Notes: generated by a model from the sequence alone, not told the origin. Shown: positions 39,060 to 49,606, numbered from the stretch's first letter. The stretch: 64,000 nt of DNA from Lachnospiraceae bacterium (GCA_031555415.1 JAVBUL010000047.1:28497-92496), one strand, 5' to 3'. Made by a program: numbers and translations.

Positions 39060-40457
39060 ATGTCTATAGCATATTTAGGTTTAAGTCAGATTAACGGACC
39101 ATTAGTTGCACTCGAAGGTGTTCAGGATGCGAGCTTTGATGAAATTGTAGAGCTTACAGTAGAAGGGATTAATGGTAAGGAAAAGAAGATAGGAAGAATA
39201 ATAGAAGTATATCAGGATAAGGCAATTATTCAGGTGTTTGAGGGTACAGAGAATATGTCTCTTAATAACACTCACACAAGGTTAACAGGTCATCCTTTAG
39301 AATTAGCATTGTCAGAAGAAATGTTAGGAAGAACATTTAACGGTGTTGGTCAACCGATAGATAAGATGGGCCCGGTTATGTCGGATATAAAAAGAGACAT
39401 AAATGGTAAACCTTTAAATCCAGTTTCAAGAGAGTATCCAAGAAATTATATCAGAACAGGAATATCAGCTATTGACGGGTTGACAACTCTTATTAGAGGT
39501 CAGAAATTACCTATTTTTTCAGGAAATGGTCTCCCTCATAATCAGCTGGCTGCACAAATTGTTAAGCAGGCGTCTTTAAGTGAGGATAGTAAAGAGGAAT
39601 TAATAGTTGTTTTTGCGGCAATGGGTGTAAAGCACGATGTAGCAGAATTTTTCAAAAAAACATTTGTTGAGAGCCGAGTTTTAGACCATGTTGTAATGTT
39701 TTTGAATTTAGCAAATGACCCGGTGGTAGAAAGACTTATTACTCCAAAGGTAGCATTGACAACAGCGGAATATCTTGCATTTGATTGTGGAAAACAGGTT
39801 TTGGTTATACTTACAGATATGACTTCATATGCGGAAGCATTAAGAGAGGTATCTTCTTCAAAGGGCGAGATACCATCAAGAAAAGGATATCCGGGATATT
39901 TGTATTCAGAGTTTGCGACAATATATGAAAGAGCTGGAATCGTAAAGGGTTCAAAGGGTTCTGTAACTCAGATTCCTATTTTATCAATGCCTAATGATGA
40001 TATTACTCATCCGATTCCTGACCTTACAGGATATATTACAGAAGGACAGATAGTTCTTGATAGAGCTATTCACGGTCAGGCGATTTATCCGCCTATAAAT
40101 GTTTTGCCATCACTTTCAAGACTTATGAAGGATGGAATTGGTGAAGGATATACAAGGGAAGATCATCAAGATGTAGCAAATCAGCTGTTTTCTTCTTATG
40201 CAAAGGTGGGAGAGGCAAGAGCATTGGCATCTGTTATCGGAGAAGATGAATTGTCACCTACAGATAAAAAGTATCTTCAGTTTGGTAAGGCTTTTGAGGA
40301 AGATTTCGTTGGTCAAGCAGAGTATGAGAATAGAAATATAGAAACAACGCTTAATTTAGGATGGAAACTTTTGCATATATTACCAAAAGAAGAATTGGAC
40401 AGAATTGATACGGTAATTATTGAGAAGTACTACGACAGTGTTAATATAGACGATTAA
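39060..40457 (+). CDS. ntpB: V/A-type ATPase subunit B
   Basis: [19 protein letters not shown] and [14 protein letters not shown]; start moved to ATG 39060 after GAGGTG. Confidence 0.95.
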   Translation: MSIAYLGLSQINGPLVALEGVQDASFDEIVELTVEGINGKEKKIGRIIEVYQDKAIIQVFEGTENMSLNNTHTRLTGHPLELALSEEMLGRTFNGVGQPIDKMGPVMSDIKRDINGKPLNPVSREYPRNYIRTGISAIDGLTTLIRGQKLPIFSGNGLPHNQLAAQIVKQASLSEDSKEELIVVFAAMGVKHDVAEFFKKTFVESRVLDHVVMFLNLANDPVVERLITPKVALTTAEYLAFDCGKQVLVILTDMTSYAEALREVSSSKGEIPSRKGYPGYLYSEFATIYERAGIVKGSKGSVTQIPILSMPNDDITHPIPDLTGYITEGQIVLDRAIHGQAIYPPINVLPSLSRLMKDGIGEGYTREDHQDVANQLFSSYAKVGEARALASVIGEDELSPTDKKYLQFGKAFEEDFVGQAEYENRNIETTLNLGWKLLHILPKEELDRIDTVIIEKYYDSVNIDD

Positions 40458-40471
40458 GAGAGGCGATTAGT

Positions 40472-41092
40472 ATGGATCCTAATTCATTTCCGACAAAAGG
40501 AAACCTGATGCTGGCTAAAAATTCTTTGGCATTGGCAAGGCAGGGATACGAACTGATGGATAAGAAGAGAAATATTCTTATCCGTGAATTAATGGAGCTC
40601 ATTGATAAAGCTGATCAAATACAGCATGATATTATGGTTATGTACAAGACAGCATATCAATCTCTTCAAAGGGCGAATATTGAACTAGGTATTAGTAATG
40701 TAATGGATTTTGCAAGTTCTGTACCGATTGAAGAGAGTGTTCAGATAAAGACAAGAAGTATAATGGGTGTTGAAATACCTCATATTAGATTAGAGAGTAA
40801 TTCTGTAAGACCAACATATTCTATGTATGGTTCATCAGAGGCATTAGATGCTGCAAGAGTATCTTTTGAACAGGTTAAGATATTGTCTGTTAGGCTTGCA
40901 GAAATAGAAAATTCGGCATATAGGCTTGCATATAATGTAAAAAAAACACAAAAAAGAGCAAATGCCTTGCAAAATATTACCATTCCATATTATACTGAAC
41001 TTAGCAAATCAATTGCAGAAGCATTAGAAGAAAAGGAAAGAGAAGAATTTACAAGACTTAAAGTAGTAAAATCTTATAAAGAAAAGAAATAA
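40472..41092 (+). CDS. ntpD: V/A-type ATPase subunit D
   Basis: PTKGNL, GYELMDKKR, KTQKRANAL and EREEFTRLK. Confidence 0.93.
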   Translation: MDPNSFPTKGNLMLAKNSLALARQGYELMDKKRNILIRELMELIDKADQIQHDIMVMYKTAYQSLQRANIELGISNVMDFASSVPIEESVQIKTRSIMGVEIPHIRLESNSVRPTYSMYGSSEALDAARVSFEQVKILSVRLAEIENSAYRLAYNVKKTQKRANALQNITIPYYTELSKSIAEALEEKEREEFTRLKVVKSYKEKK

Positions 41093-41106
41093 GGGTAAAG
41101 TAATAC

Positions 41107-42540
41107 ATGGTAATAATGGATATAAAACCAAAAAAGAAAACTTCATATTCACTATTTTTATTAGCATTACTAGTTTTAGTATGTTCAGTTTTTGTACGCA
41201 ATGATGAATGGCTAATATATGCGGCAGAATCTGTTAAAACGACTGAACCAAGTGGTACAACTGTATATGCAGAAGGTATTGATTGGCCAATAGAGCCTGA
41301 AATAAGCGGAAAATCTTCGATACTTATAGAGGTTGAGTCAGGCGGAGTTATATATAGTAGTGAACCAGATAAGGAATTATATCCAGCCAGTATAACAAAG
41401 ATTATGACAGGACTCTTGGCGGTTGAAAACTTAAATCTTACAGATAATATTACTTTTACGCAAGAGATGTTGGAATCAATACCATATGATGCAGCTATTC
41501 TAGGTGTATCGGCAGGTGAAACTATGACAGTCGAGGATTGTTTATATGCTTTGATGTTGAGGAGCTGTAATGATATAGCGATAGCATTGGCATACGAGAT
41601 ATCAGGTGATGAGGTTGAGTTTGGTAAGCTAATGACCCAGAGGGCAATAGAGATAGGTGCAGTGAATACTAATTTTGTGAATTCTACAGGATTGCATGAT
41701 GATAATCATTATACTACAGCAAGAGATATGGCACTTATAGCGGTCGAGGCAATAAAAAACCCTACGTTTGCAAAGATATGGGGAACGCAGTCATTTTCAC
41801 TTGACTCTTACGATGATGATTATGTAATATGGCATAGGCATGATATGCTTATAAAGGGAAGAGGAAATTACTATGCACCAGCGGTTGGTGGAAAAACAGG
41901 ATATACAGATGAGGCAGGAAGAACACTGGTAACATGTGCTGAATCAAATGGAATGAAGTTAGTATCTGTAATTCTTTTTTCAACAAACGAAGAGGTCTTT
42001 AATGATACAAAAACACTTATGAACTATGGATTTGATAATTTTAAAAAAGTTACAGCAAATGCAAACGATTCAAGATTTATGGGAAGTGTAAATCAGGGAT
42101 TTTCTATAGTGAATCATCTTCTCAATAATGAAAGCAGTATATTTGGTTTAGGAAATGAAACAGTGGTTATTCCAATAAATGAATCATTGTCAGATATTGG
42201 TTACATGATTAAGATGGAAGAAAGTAATCAAGAAGGAATTATTGCTAGCATAAAATATATACATGGAGAAAATGTTTTGGGTGAAACAAAGCTTTTATCT
42301 ATAGGGAAAAGTAATAATGCATTGGCAAGTATTGTTAAGCCTGAAAATGTAGAAACGAAATCAGAAACACAGCTTAAAGAAGCATTTGTTATAGAGATTA
42401 AGTATATTATTATTGGTATTGCCATAGTATTAATAGTTGCTTTGTATATAGTTTATTTGAAAGCGACAAAAGGTAAAAGGAAAAGAAAAAAAGAAAGAAA
42501 AGTTAAATTTTCAAATAAAATAAGCAAGTGGAGAGCTTAA
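41107..42540 (+). CDS. D-alanyl-D-alanine carboxypeptidase (S11), membrane anchored
   Basis: SxxK (ASITK), SxN (SCN) and KTG motifs; C-terminal TM with basic tail. Confidence 0.9.
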   Translation: MVIMDIKPKKKTSYSLFLLALLVLVCSVFVRNDEWLIYAAESVKTTEPSGTTVYAEGIDWPIEPEISGKSSILIEVESGGVIYSSEPDKELYPASITKIMTGLLAVENLNLTDNITFTQEMLESIPYDAAILGVSAGETMTVEDCLYALMLRSCNDIAIALAYEISGDEVEFGKLMTQRAIEIGAVNTNFVNSTGLHDDNHYTTARDMALIAVEAIKNPTFAKIWGTQSFSLDSYDDDYVIWHRHDMLIKGRGNYYAPAVGGKTGYTDEAGRTLVTCAESNGMKLVSVILFSTNEEVFNDTKTLMNYGFDNFKKVTANANDSRFMGSVNQGFSIVNHLLNNESSIFGLGNETVVIPINESLSDIGYMIKMEESNQEGIIASIKYIHGENVLGETKLLSIGKSNNALASIVKPENVETKSETQLKEAFVIEIKYIIIGIAIVLIVALYIVYLKATKGKRKRKKERKVKFSNKISKWRA

Positions 42541-43484
42541 TCCGCTTGCTTATGTCTTTTTTTCTTACGTCTTTCACGAATGTCATGCTGACGTTTATAA
42601 ATTTGTTCAGCTCCCGCATCATCTGTTATTTTTATGGTTTTAATTGCAAAATACTTGCCATCATCGGTCTTTTTCATCCGTATTTTTCCTTTGACATATC
42701 CATGTGTATAGCATCTTGCAAGGCAATAGTATATTTTTGAATTACTAGAGAACCAATATATTTTTTTGCGTAATCTTTTACCACATTTATAGCAGACCAT
42801 AGAGGTTACGGTTTTATCATTCATCGCATCAGTTTTGTTATCAAAGGCAACAGAGATATATTTTAGATAGGTATCAAAAAGTGCCACAATCTCATTTGAA
42901 CGGGTGGTTGGTACTTGATAGGTGTCAATTGAATAGTAGTCAGCTATCACATTGCTTGGTAATATTTGAATAATCTTTGTGGTATAGTAAGCGTCTACAA
43001 GGGCACGGTGAAAATCATGCTTGCTGTCAATCTGTAGGTATTCAATTGCCGATTTTAACGTACATCTTGTTTTTCCGTCATCATACACAATGCTAAATAT
43101 TTTTTGTATATCATAATAGAAAACAGGAGGAGGAAGTAAAGGAATATTGTGATAATGCATATTCCTTTGGAGTTCTGTTAAGTCCATAGCTCCCCAAGTA
43201 CAGAAAACACAATTAGTTCCACACCATCTTAGGAAATCAGTCATAACTTCTTTAAAAGTACGACAGTTTGCTAAGTCTTCTGTGGAAAAACTGGTTATTT
43301 CTTGTGTAATGTAATGTATCGTAGGATAAATATGAGGTTGTATCGATTCACAAAAAGTATCTACGACTTTCCTTTCGGAGTTTAGTTTAACAGCCCCAAT
43401 CTCAATTATCTCAAAAGGTATATTGGGCAAACTATTTTCATCTGGAGCTTGATTCCATTCTAAGTCTAAAACTATATATTCCAT
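42537..43484 (-). CDS. DEDDh 3'-5' exonuclease (KapD/ERI1-like) with C-terminal Cys-containing domain
   Basis: VLDLEWN, EIIEIGAV and HRALVDA; CYKC...CYTH. Confidence 0.85.
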   Translation of the reverse strand: MEYIVLDLEWNQAPDENSLPNIPFEIIEIGAVKLNSERKVVDTFCESIQPHIYPTIHYITQEITSFSTEDLANCRTFKEVMTDFLRWCGTNCVFCTWGAMDLTELQRNMHYHNIPLLPPPVFYYDIQKIFSIVYDDGKTRCTLKSAIEYLQIDSKHDFHRALVDAYYTTKIIQILPSNVIADYYSIDTYQVPTTRSNEIVALFDTYLKYISVAFDNKTDAMNDKTVTSMVCYKCGKRLRKKIYWFSSNSKIYYCLARCYTHGYVKGKIRMKKTDDGKYFAIKTIKITDDAGAEQIYKRQHDIRERRKKKRHKQAD

Positions 43485-43536
43485 AATAATCCAATCTTTT
43501 TATTCTTGCAAAGTTCGACGTTAGTCGAATCTTTTT

Positions 43537-44634
43537 TTATAAATTAGCAAATAATGCGGCTATCTCTTCAGCGGAAAGCTGTTTGTTAGGATCTGAATCA
43601 GTTAAATCAAAAGGTGATGCAATATCTTCTTCTGTTGTTGTATCCATTTCAAGTGCAGCATTCTCAGCTTCAATATCTTCATTTGCTTTCTCAAGTGCAG
43701 CTTCAGCGTCAGCAATATCAGTACTAATGTCTTCTTCTATATCAGTAACTTCAACGTCACTGCTAAAGTCTTCTGAAGATTCCTCGGTGATAATCTCCTG
43801 AGGTATTTCCAAAACATCAGGTATTTCAAGTGTGTCAGATTCTTCCAAAACATCAGGTATTTCAATTTCTTCGTCGGTCTTCGTATCTTCAAATGAAAAG
43901 AGATCATCTAAAATCGGTTCAACTGTTTCTGGTACATCGTTAACCACAGATACTTCAGGAATAATCGGTGCTACAGGAACAATAGGTGTTACAGGAGCAG
44001 CAGGTGTTACAGGAGCAGTAGGTGTTACAGAAACAGTAGGCATAACTGGAATTTGAATGTTTGTAGCATGTCCATTTAAAACTTCACGAACATTCTGAAC
44101 AAGGTCAGCATTTGCTTTAACAAGTTGATTTACAGTCACAGCATTTTGAACTTCTTTTGCAAGACGAGCATTTGATTCTGTAAGCTCAGCAATAAGTCCG
44201 GTCATGTCAGTAGGCTTTGTAGAATCTTGAGCAATCAATGGAGCCTCTATAATCTTATTCATCATCATGTCGATAGCTTGAATAGTTCCGGTTTGAATTT
44301 TATCAGCTTCAGCAGCATTCTTTTTTGTAGCAAGATAAATAGCTTTTTGGGCTTTTATCATAAGCTCATTTTGTTCCCTGCGAAGTTCTTCTGCTTCTCT
44401 TACCGCTTTATAAATACCATCGAATGCTAGGTAACCCATAATTACAACAATAAGTCCAATACCTAAAATCATAAAATAGTCATAAGTAAAATTAGTTATC
44501 CAATATAATTCAAAAAATGAAGCAACAATAAATCCCAAAAGATAAAAAATAATAGGCGAATTTTTGCTTTTCTTATGTTCGTCCATGACATACCTCCGTG
44601 TCTTGAAAATTAAGTCTTTGCTACAGTATAACAC
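43537..44634 (-). CDS. Membrane-anchored hypothetical protein with acidic, Pro-rich tail
   Basis: Two TM helices, coiled coil, PVTPAA and EIPDVLE repeats, C-terminal DPNKQLSAEEIAALFANL; real start probably ATG 44586 after GGAGG. Confidence 0.7.
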   Translation of the reverse strand: MLYCSKDLIFKTRRYVMDEHKKSKNSPIIFYLLGFIVASFFELYWITNFTYDYFMILGIGLIVVIMGYLAFDGIYKAVREAEELRREQNELMIKAQKAIYLATKKNAAEADKIQTGTIQAIDMMMNKIIEAPLIAQDSTKPTDMTGLIAELTESNARLAKEVQNAVTVNQLVKANADLVQNVREVLNGHATNIQIPVMPTVSVTPTAPVTPAAPVTPIVPVAPIIPEVSVVNDVPETVEPILDDLFSFEDTKTDEEIEIPDVLEESDTLEIPDVLEIPQEIITEESSEDFSSDVEVTDIEEDISTDIADAEAALEKANEDIEAENAALEMDTTTEEDIASPFDLTDSDPNKQLSAEEIAALFANL

Positions 44635-44646
44635 AAAAAGATACTA

Positions 44647-44675
44647 TTGACAAATAATAAAGTAATTAATAGAAT
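44647..44675 (+). promoter_or_regulatory. Sigma-A promoter
   Basis: TTGACA-17-TAGAAT. Confidence 0.65.
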
Positions 44676-44705
44676 AGGTATATTATCTTAGAAAAAATTA
44701 GGGAG

Positions 44706-45587
44706 GTGATACAAGTGCATAGTTATTTACGAGCAATAGGATTTAGTGAATATAATACAAAAGAGAAAGTTATGGAGCTATTTAGTTTGGCTGTTCAAAA
44801 TCCGGATAAACAAACTGCATTGGTATCAAATGCCCCAGAGACATATGTTGAACTTTCTAAAGAGTTTTGTAATGATATGGGGATAATATGGCATGGTACA
44901 ATATTAGATGGTGAACCTGATTTTGACTACTATTTTCCATATTATGAAGGTACACATACCTTTTTACGAAAGGGATTTAATGTAGAAAAAAGATTATCAA
45001 GAAATGCATTTTCAGGTCTTATTGAAGATTTAAGGGCTGGTGTGTCAGTTATATTCTATTTGATAAATGCGTTAGATTATATGGAATGGGATGAAAATAA
45101 GCAGATTAATTATACGAAGACACCGCTTGCACTTTCGGCATTATCTATAGAGGGCACGATATTATTACCGGTGAATATGAGTGAAAGTGAAATGCAAAAG
45201 AGAAAAAAAGAATCGAGTCACAGAACTAAGTTGATGACAGCAGCAAGAAATGGTGATGAAGATGCAATAGAAAGTCTAACTTTTGAGGATATGGATATTT
45301 ATACAAAGATATCTAAAAGGATAATGAGCGAAGACGTGTTTTCGATAGTAACTTGCTCTTTTATGCCATATGGATTAGAGTGCGATAAATATACTATTGT
45401 GGCAGAGATATTAGAAGTAAAAAAGACTAAGAATATGGTTACCGATGAAAATGTATGGATGCTCTTGCTGGATTATAATGGGATTTTAGTAGATTTAGCC
45501 ATAAATGCGTTAGATTTGTTAGGCGAACCTGAGGTTGGAAGACGTTTTAAGGGAAGTATTTGGTTGCAGGGCACATTGAGAAGATAA
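44706..45587 (+). CDS. DUF3881 family protein
   Basis: HSYLRAIGF, AARNGDEDAIESLT and GEPEVGRRFKG. Confidence 0.75.
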   Translation: MIQVHSYLRAIGFSEYNTKEKVMELFSLAVQNPDKQTALVSNAPETYVELSKEFCNDMGIIWHGTILDGEPDFDYYFPYYEGTHTFLRKGFNVEKRLSRNAFSGLIEDLRAGVSVIFYLINALDYMEWDENKQINYTKTPLALSALSIEGTILLPVNMSESEMQKRKKESSHRTKLMTAARNGDEDAIESLTFEDMDIYTKISKRIMSEDVFSIVTCSFMPYGLECDKYTIVAEILEVKKTKNMVTDENVWMLLLDYNGILVDLAINALDLLGEPEVGRRFKGSIWLQGTLRR

Positions 45588-45605
45588 TAGAATATTGAAA
45601 ATGTA

Positions 45606-45645
45606 AACAACCTTCCCAACTGTCAAGCGTAAGAAGGTTGTTTTG
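45606..45645 (+). terminator. Intrinsic terminator
   Basis: AACAACCTTC ... GAAGGTTGTT followed by T-run. Confidence 0.6.
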
Positions 45646-45673
45646 CTATACTTAATTAGATTAAATAAATTAC

Positions 45674-45727
45674 TTGACAAATCATTCTACAAGTTGTAGT
45701 ATAAAAGTGTACTACAACTTGTAGAAT
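45674..45727 (+). promoter_or_regulatory. BlaI/MecI/CopY-type double operator overlapping a sigma-A promoter
   Basis: TTGACA-17-TAGTAT; two CTACA-N3-TGTAG palindromes forming a 17-bp perfect inverted repeat (45684-45700 / 45711-45727). Confidence 0.85.
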
Positions 45728-45744
45728 AGAAAAGAGGGCATAGT

Positions 45745-46107
45745 ATGACTGATATACAAATGGGAGCGATAGAATCTCGGTTTGCAGATATTATTTGGTT
45801 AAATGAACCAATTTCTTCTGCAGAACTTGCAAAACAAAGTGAAGCGGAATTGAAGTGGAAGAAAACGACTTCATATACTGTTTTAAAGCGACTTTGCGAA
45901 AAGGGTATTTTTCAAAACAATAAGGGAACAGTATCTTCTATTATTTCTCGTGATGAATTTTATTCCATGCAGAGTGAAAAATTTGTTGAGGAAGCCTTTA
46001 ATGGATCTTTACCTGCTTTTCTTAATGCTTTTACATCAAGGAAGCATCTAACACAGGAGGAAATTGAGCACCTACGCCGTATGGTTACAGAATTTGAGGA
46101 GGGTTAA
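45745..46107 (+). CDS. BlaI/MecI/CopY family transcriptional repressor
   Basis: WKKTTSYTVLKRLCEKG and FNGSLPAFLNAF. Confidence 0.92.
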   Translation: MTDIQMGAIESRFADIIWLNEPISSAELAKQSEAELKWKKTTSYTVLKRLCEKGIFQNNKGTVSSIISRDEFYSMQSEKFVEEAFNGSLPAFLNAFTSRKHLTQEEIEHLRRMVTEFEEG

Positions 46108-46109
46108 TT

Positions 46110-47558
46110 ATGGAGGCGATATTCCTTAAAATTGTAAATATGAGTATAACTTCGGGTTATTTGGCTCTGATAATTATTGCATTGAGGCTTTTGCTAAAAA
46201 AAGCACCAAAGTCTTTACGCTGCATGATGTGGGCTTTCGTGGGTATTCGTTTGATTTGTCCAATTTCTATTGAGAGTATATTGAGCCTTATTCCTAGTGC
46301 GGAAACAATACCACGGGATATTTTGGTATCAGAGACACCAACAATTAATAGTGGGATTTCTTTTGTTAATCAGATAGTGAACCCAGCCATTTCACAAACA
46401 GTCTCTCAAAATAGCGTAAGTTTAATTCAAAATATTACAAATGTTGCTTCTGTAATATGGATTATCGGCATGTCTTTTATGCTTGCGTATATGCTTATAA
46501 GCTACCTATGTATTCATAAAAAAGTACTCACAGCAGTAGAAATAGAGAAGAATGTATGGATATGTGATTATGTTACAACCCCCTTTATTCTGGGAATATT
46601 TCGTCCAAAGGTATGCTTGCCATCATCAATAGATGAAAGAGATGTGCCATATGTGATTTCTCATGAAAAAGCTCATTTGAAGCGACATGACCATATCTGG
46701 AAACCGATTGGTTTTCTATTACTTGCAATATATTGGTTTAATCCAGTTTTGTGGATTGCGTATATTCTACTTTGCAGAGATATTGAACTTGCCTGTGATG
46801 AAAAAGTAATTAAGGAACTTGGGATAGCAATAAAAAAGCCATATTCTGACGCTCTTATTAATTGTAGCACACATGTAAAAATTATTACCGCATGCCCCCT
46901 TGCATTTGGTGAGGTAGGTGTAAAAGAAAGGGTGAAAAACGTGTTGAATTATAAAAAACCTAAGTTTTGGATTGTTATTAGTGGAGTTCTAGCTTGTATG
47001 GTTATAACAGTATGCTTATTAACAAACCCTGTTGACTCAAGCAAAAAAAGTAAAAGTAGTACAGGTACAAGTGATGAAACTGAATTTAAAGAGGCATATA
47101 ATAATATACAAAATGAAATAAAAAATGAGTATACAATTGATAATAGCGAATTAGAACATCTAGAGGAAATGGAAAAAGTAATAGAAACTATGGACGTTTT
47201 GAGTAAAATGCATAATGATTATATCATATACACTGAAAAAATATATACTTATACAAACTCACCAGATCCACTAGATCCTAGATTGGTACTATGTGAGTCT
47301 AATAAAACATTTCAATTTATTTGGTCAGGATTTAGCAGTTATATAGCAGTGGGAGAGTATGATTTATCAAATGGGATACTTACATGTATTACAAGTGATG
47401 GTGAATATAAATATACTTTTGTGTATGATGAGAGAAATAATTCATTCGTGTTTTCTGCATCAGACTCATCAAAAATACCACAATACAAGTATAGTTCTTG
47501 GAGTGAAGAAACCATAACCCCAGTTCCTGATGGAGCCACGTTTGTTATTGGAAATTAA
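46110..47558 (+). CDS. BlaR1/M56 family metallopeptidase signal transducer (non-PBP sensor domain)
   Basis: HEKAH zinc motif, YWFNP, ELACDE and KERVK. Confidence 0.9.
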   Translation: MEAIFLKIVNMSITSGYLALIIIALRLLLKKAPKSLRCMMWAFVGIRLICPISIESILSLIPSAETIPRDILVSETPTINSGISFVNQIVNPAISQTVSQNSVSLIQNITNVASVIWIIGMSFMLAYMLISYLCIHKKVLTAVEIEKNVWICDYVTTPFILGIFRPKVCLPSSIDERDVPYVISHEKAHLKRHDHIWKPIGFLLLAIYWFNPVLWIAYILLCRDIELACDEKVIKELGIAIKKPYSDALINCSTHVKIITACPLAFGEVGVKERVKNVLNYKKPKFWIVISGVLACMVITVCLLTNPVDSSKKSKSSTGTSDETEFKEAYNNIQNEIKNEYTIDNSELEHLEEMEKVIETMDVLSKMHNDYIIYTEKIYTYTNSPDPLDPRLVLCESNKTFQFIWSGFSSYIAVGEYDLSNGILTCITSDGEYKYTFVYDERNNSFVFSASDSSKIPQYKYSSWSEETITPVPDGATFVIGN

Positions 47559-47590
47559 GATTTAAATTAGGTGAGTCTAAAATATATTAG

Positions 47591-47621
47591 ATAATAGGTG
47601 TGCAGATTGCACACCTATTAT
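47591..47621. repeat. Palindromic element, copy 1 (REP-like or terminator)
   Basis: 14-bp perfect stem ATAATAGGTGTGCA-GAT-TGCACACCTATTAT; core 22/27 identical to 59782-59808. Confidence 0.65.
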
Positions 47622-47671
47622 GCGTTTATAAATGGTATAATGTAGATAAAAGTAACAAGGAGGTATAAAGT

Positions 47672-48406
47672 ATGAGATTTTGTACAAAATGTGGAGCTCA
47701 ATGTAATGATGATGTGAGCTTTTGTGGGCAATGTGGAGCCACACTAAATGCAACTCAAACAAATCCAGCAGGACAAATGCCAAATTATCCGCAACAAGGC
47801 TATCCACAGCCAAACTATCAGCAGCAACAAATGTATAACAGTTTAAATGGCAATAATTACACAAGAATGGGTGGATGGCTACTCTTTTTTGTAATTATTA
47901 ACATTATTTCGTTGGTGACCGCAAGTATTAATATAATACGAGATTTTGTAGTCATAACGGAGGAGCTTGAGTATGCCTCAAGAGAGTATACAAAAGTGAT
48001 TAACTTAATAATTATAGGTGATATAATTGCGATTGCTTCTCTTACAATGATTTTGTTATATATTATTCAAATCTTTAGTCGTAAACGCTTATTTTTACGC
48101 TTTGAACAGTTAGCTCGAATTTTATCAGTTACTTCAGTAGTGTTCACTAGTATTTTACCTTGTATTATAGTTGATGTGAGGTATTTTGAAAGTTTATTCA
48201 GTCAGGCTATATCTGGTATTATTGGCACATGCTTAGGACTCTTTTTGATGACATTATATTATTGCAAATCTATTAGAGTACGTACATATATGGGTAGCAC
48301 AGAATATATCGACAAGGCATTTTTTAAGTTTAAGGAACCACCTGTAAACTATAATTCACAACAACAGTTCCAAAGTAATCAGTACAATCCAAATTCTAGG
48401 CTTTAA
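47672..48406 (+). CDS. Zinc-ribbon + Gln/Pro linker + DUF2569-like membrane protein
   Basis: FCTKCG...FCGQCG; YPQQ repeats; GGWLLFF and KSIRV membrane motifs. Confidence 0.7.
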   Translation: MRFCTKCGAQCNDDVSFCGQCGATLNATQTNPAGQMPNYPQQGYPQPNYQQQQMYNSLNGNNYTRMGGWLLFFVIINIISLVTASINIIRDFVVITEELEYASREYTKVINLIIIGDIIAIASLTMILLYIIQIFSRKRLFLRFEQLARILSVTSVVFTSILPCIIVDVRYFESLFSQAISGIIGTCLGLFLMTLYYCKSIRVRTYMGSTEYIDKAFFKFKEPPVNYNSQQQFQSNQYNPNSRL

Positions 48407-49188
48407 CAATGTAGTATAGATTTAGCCATCCATTTAGCTAGTCCATCATCGTCGTTGCTTTCGCAAATATAGTTTGCAAGTGCTTTGACTTCGTCCAAAG
48501 CATTTGCAACAGCAACGCCGATACCACAGTTTTTAATCATTTCCATATCATTATAGTCATCGCCAAAAGCTATGACTTCATCAGAAGTAATCCCATAATA
48601 TTTAATCAAAGTCTTAACACCACTCCATTTATTAGCAGAAGTAAGAGCATATCTATACCAATTTTCTCCTGAAAAGGGGATAACTTCAATTTCGGGAATA
48701 TCTAAAACTATATCTTTTGCAAATTTATCATCATCAGTAGAAATAGTGATTTTATAAGCATCACAGCCCATACCAGTACTAAAATCCTTATAGTATGCGG
48801 GCATATACTCAATCCAGCCAGGGTCTTGTTCATCAACATGTTTGTTCAAGTAATATCCTGAATCGGTTTCGGCAGTAATGCATAAGATATTTGAATTGTT
48901 GGTACATTTAAAAAGTAACTTATCACATAATTCTTTAGACATGGCGGCTCTATAGATAATTTCATCCCCAGCTTTAGCCAATGCCCCTCCATTAGAAATA
49001 ATCGCATCAGGCTTAAAACGTTCTATAATAAACCGGCAAGAATGTTCAGAACGTGCAGTTGCAAAGGCGATTTTGATGCCTTTTGCGCGACATTTATTTA
49101 AAAATTTTACTGTATAATCTGAGATAGTCTTATCACTATGTAATAATGTTTTGTCTAAATCAGTAACGATAATCTTTATATTTTCCAT
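48403..49188 (-). CDS. Cof-type HAD-IIB phosphatase
   Basis: DLDKTLL, ATAR, NGG and FGDDYNDMEM. Confidence 0.9.
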   Translation of the reverse strand: MENIKIIVTDLDKTLLHSDKTISDYTVKFLNKCRAKGIKIAFATARSEHSCRFIIERFKPDAIISNGGALAKAGDEIIYRAAMSKELCDKLLFKCTNNSNILCITAETDSGYYLNKHVDEQDPGWIEYMPAYYKDFSTGMGCDAYKITISTDDDKFAKDIVLDIPEIEVIPFSGENWYRYALTSANKWSGVKTLIKYYGITSDEVIAFGDDYNDMEMIKNCGIGVAVANALDEVKALANYICESNDDDGLAKWMAKSILHC

Positions 49189-49270
49189 GCGACATCCTCC
49201 TGTTTATTAAACTAAAATTTTTATGATTATAGTATATAAGAATAAAAAACGCAAGTTATTTTTAAGTCAC

Positions 49271-49299
49271 TTGACTTAGTTGTTTAACTTTGATAAAAT
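49271..49299 (+). promoter_or_regulatory. Sigma-A promoter of the tRNA gene
   Basis: TTGACT-17-TAAAAT with TG extension. Confidence 0.7.
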
Positions 49300-49318
49300 A
49301 TCAACGTTAAAGTAAGAT

Positions 49319-49392
49319 GTCGCTATAGCTCAGCTGGATAGCGCGACCGCCTCCTAAGCGGTAGGCCGGAGGTTCAAATCCTCTTAGCGACG
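49319..49392 (+). tRNA. tRNA-Arg (anticodon CCT)
   Basis: Acceptor stem GTCGCTA/TAGCGAC; anticodon arm ACCGC-CTCCTAA-GCGGT; T-arm GGAGG-TTCAAAT-CCTCT; CCA not encoded. Confidence 0.95.
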
Positions 49393-49396
49393 CTAC

Positions 49397-49442
49397 AAAA
49401 AACGCCGAATTTCCTGTAATTAAAGGACTTTTGGCGTTTTTT
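49397..49442 (+). terminator. Terminator after the tRNA
   Basis: AAAAAACGCC ... GGCGTTTTTT. Confidence 0.7.
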
Positions 49443-49606
49443 ATATTTCAATATAAGTGTTATTGTTCTAGTTCAAGCTTAATATTTTGTAGGATAAACT
49501 TAGTTGAATCGCTAATTGAATATCCAATGGTTATATGTTATAATCTCAATAAAAAGTACACGTTGGGCGAATTTCTAAAAGAGTTAAGGAAAGGAAAGCA
49601 TTTTAC

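Noticed and set aside
45684-45727. TTCTAC...GTAG stems resembling a Cas12a CRISPR repeat
   Set aside because: Only two copies, inverted and 10 bp apart, with no spacers or cas genes; they match TACA/TGTA BlaI operators directly upstream of blaI.
49319-49606. Integrase or prophage at the tRNA
   Set aside because: No integrase, phage gene or duplicated tRNA 3' end is visible within the window.
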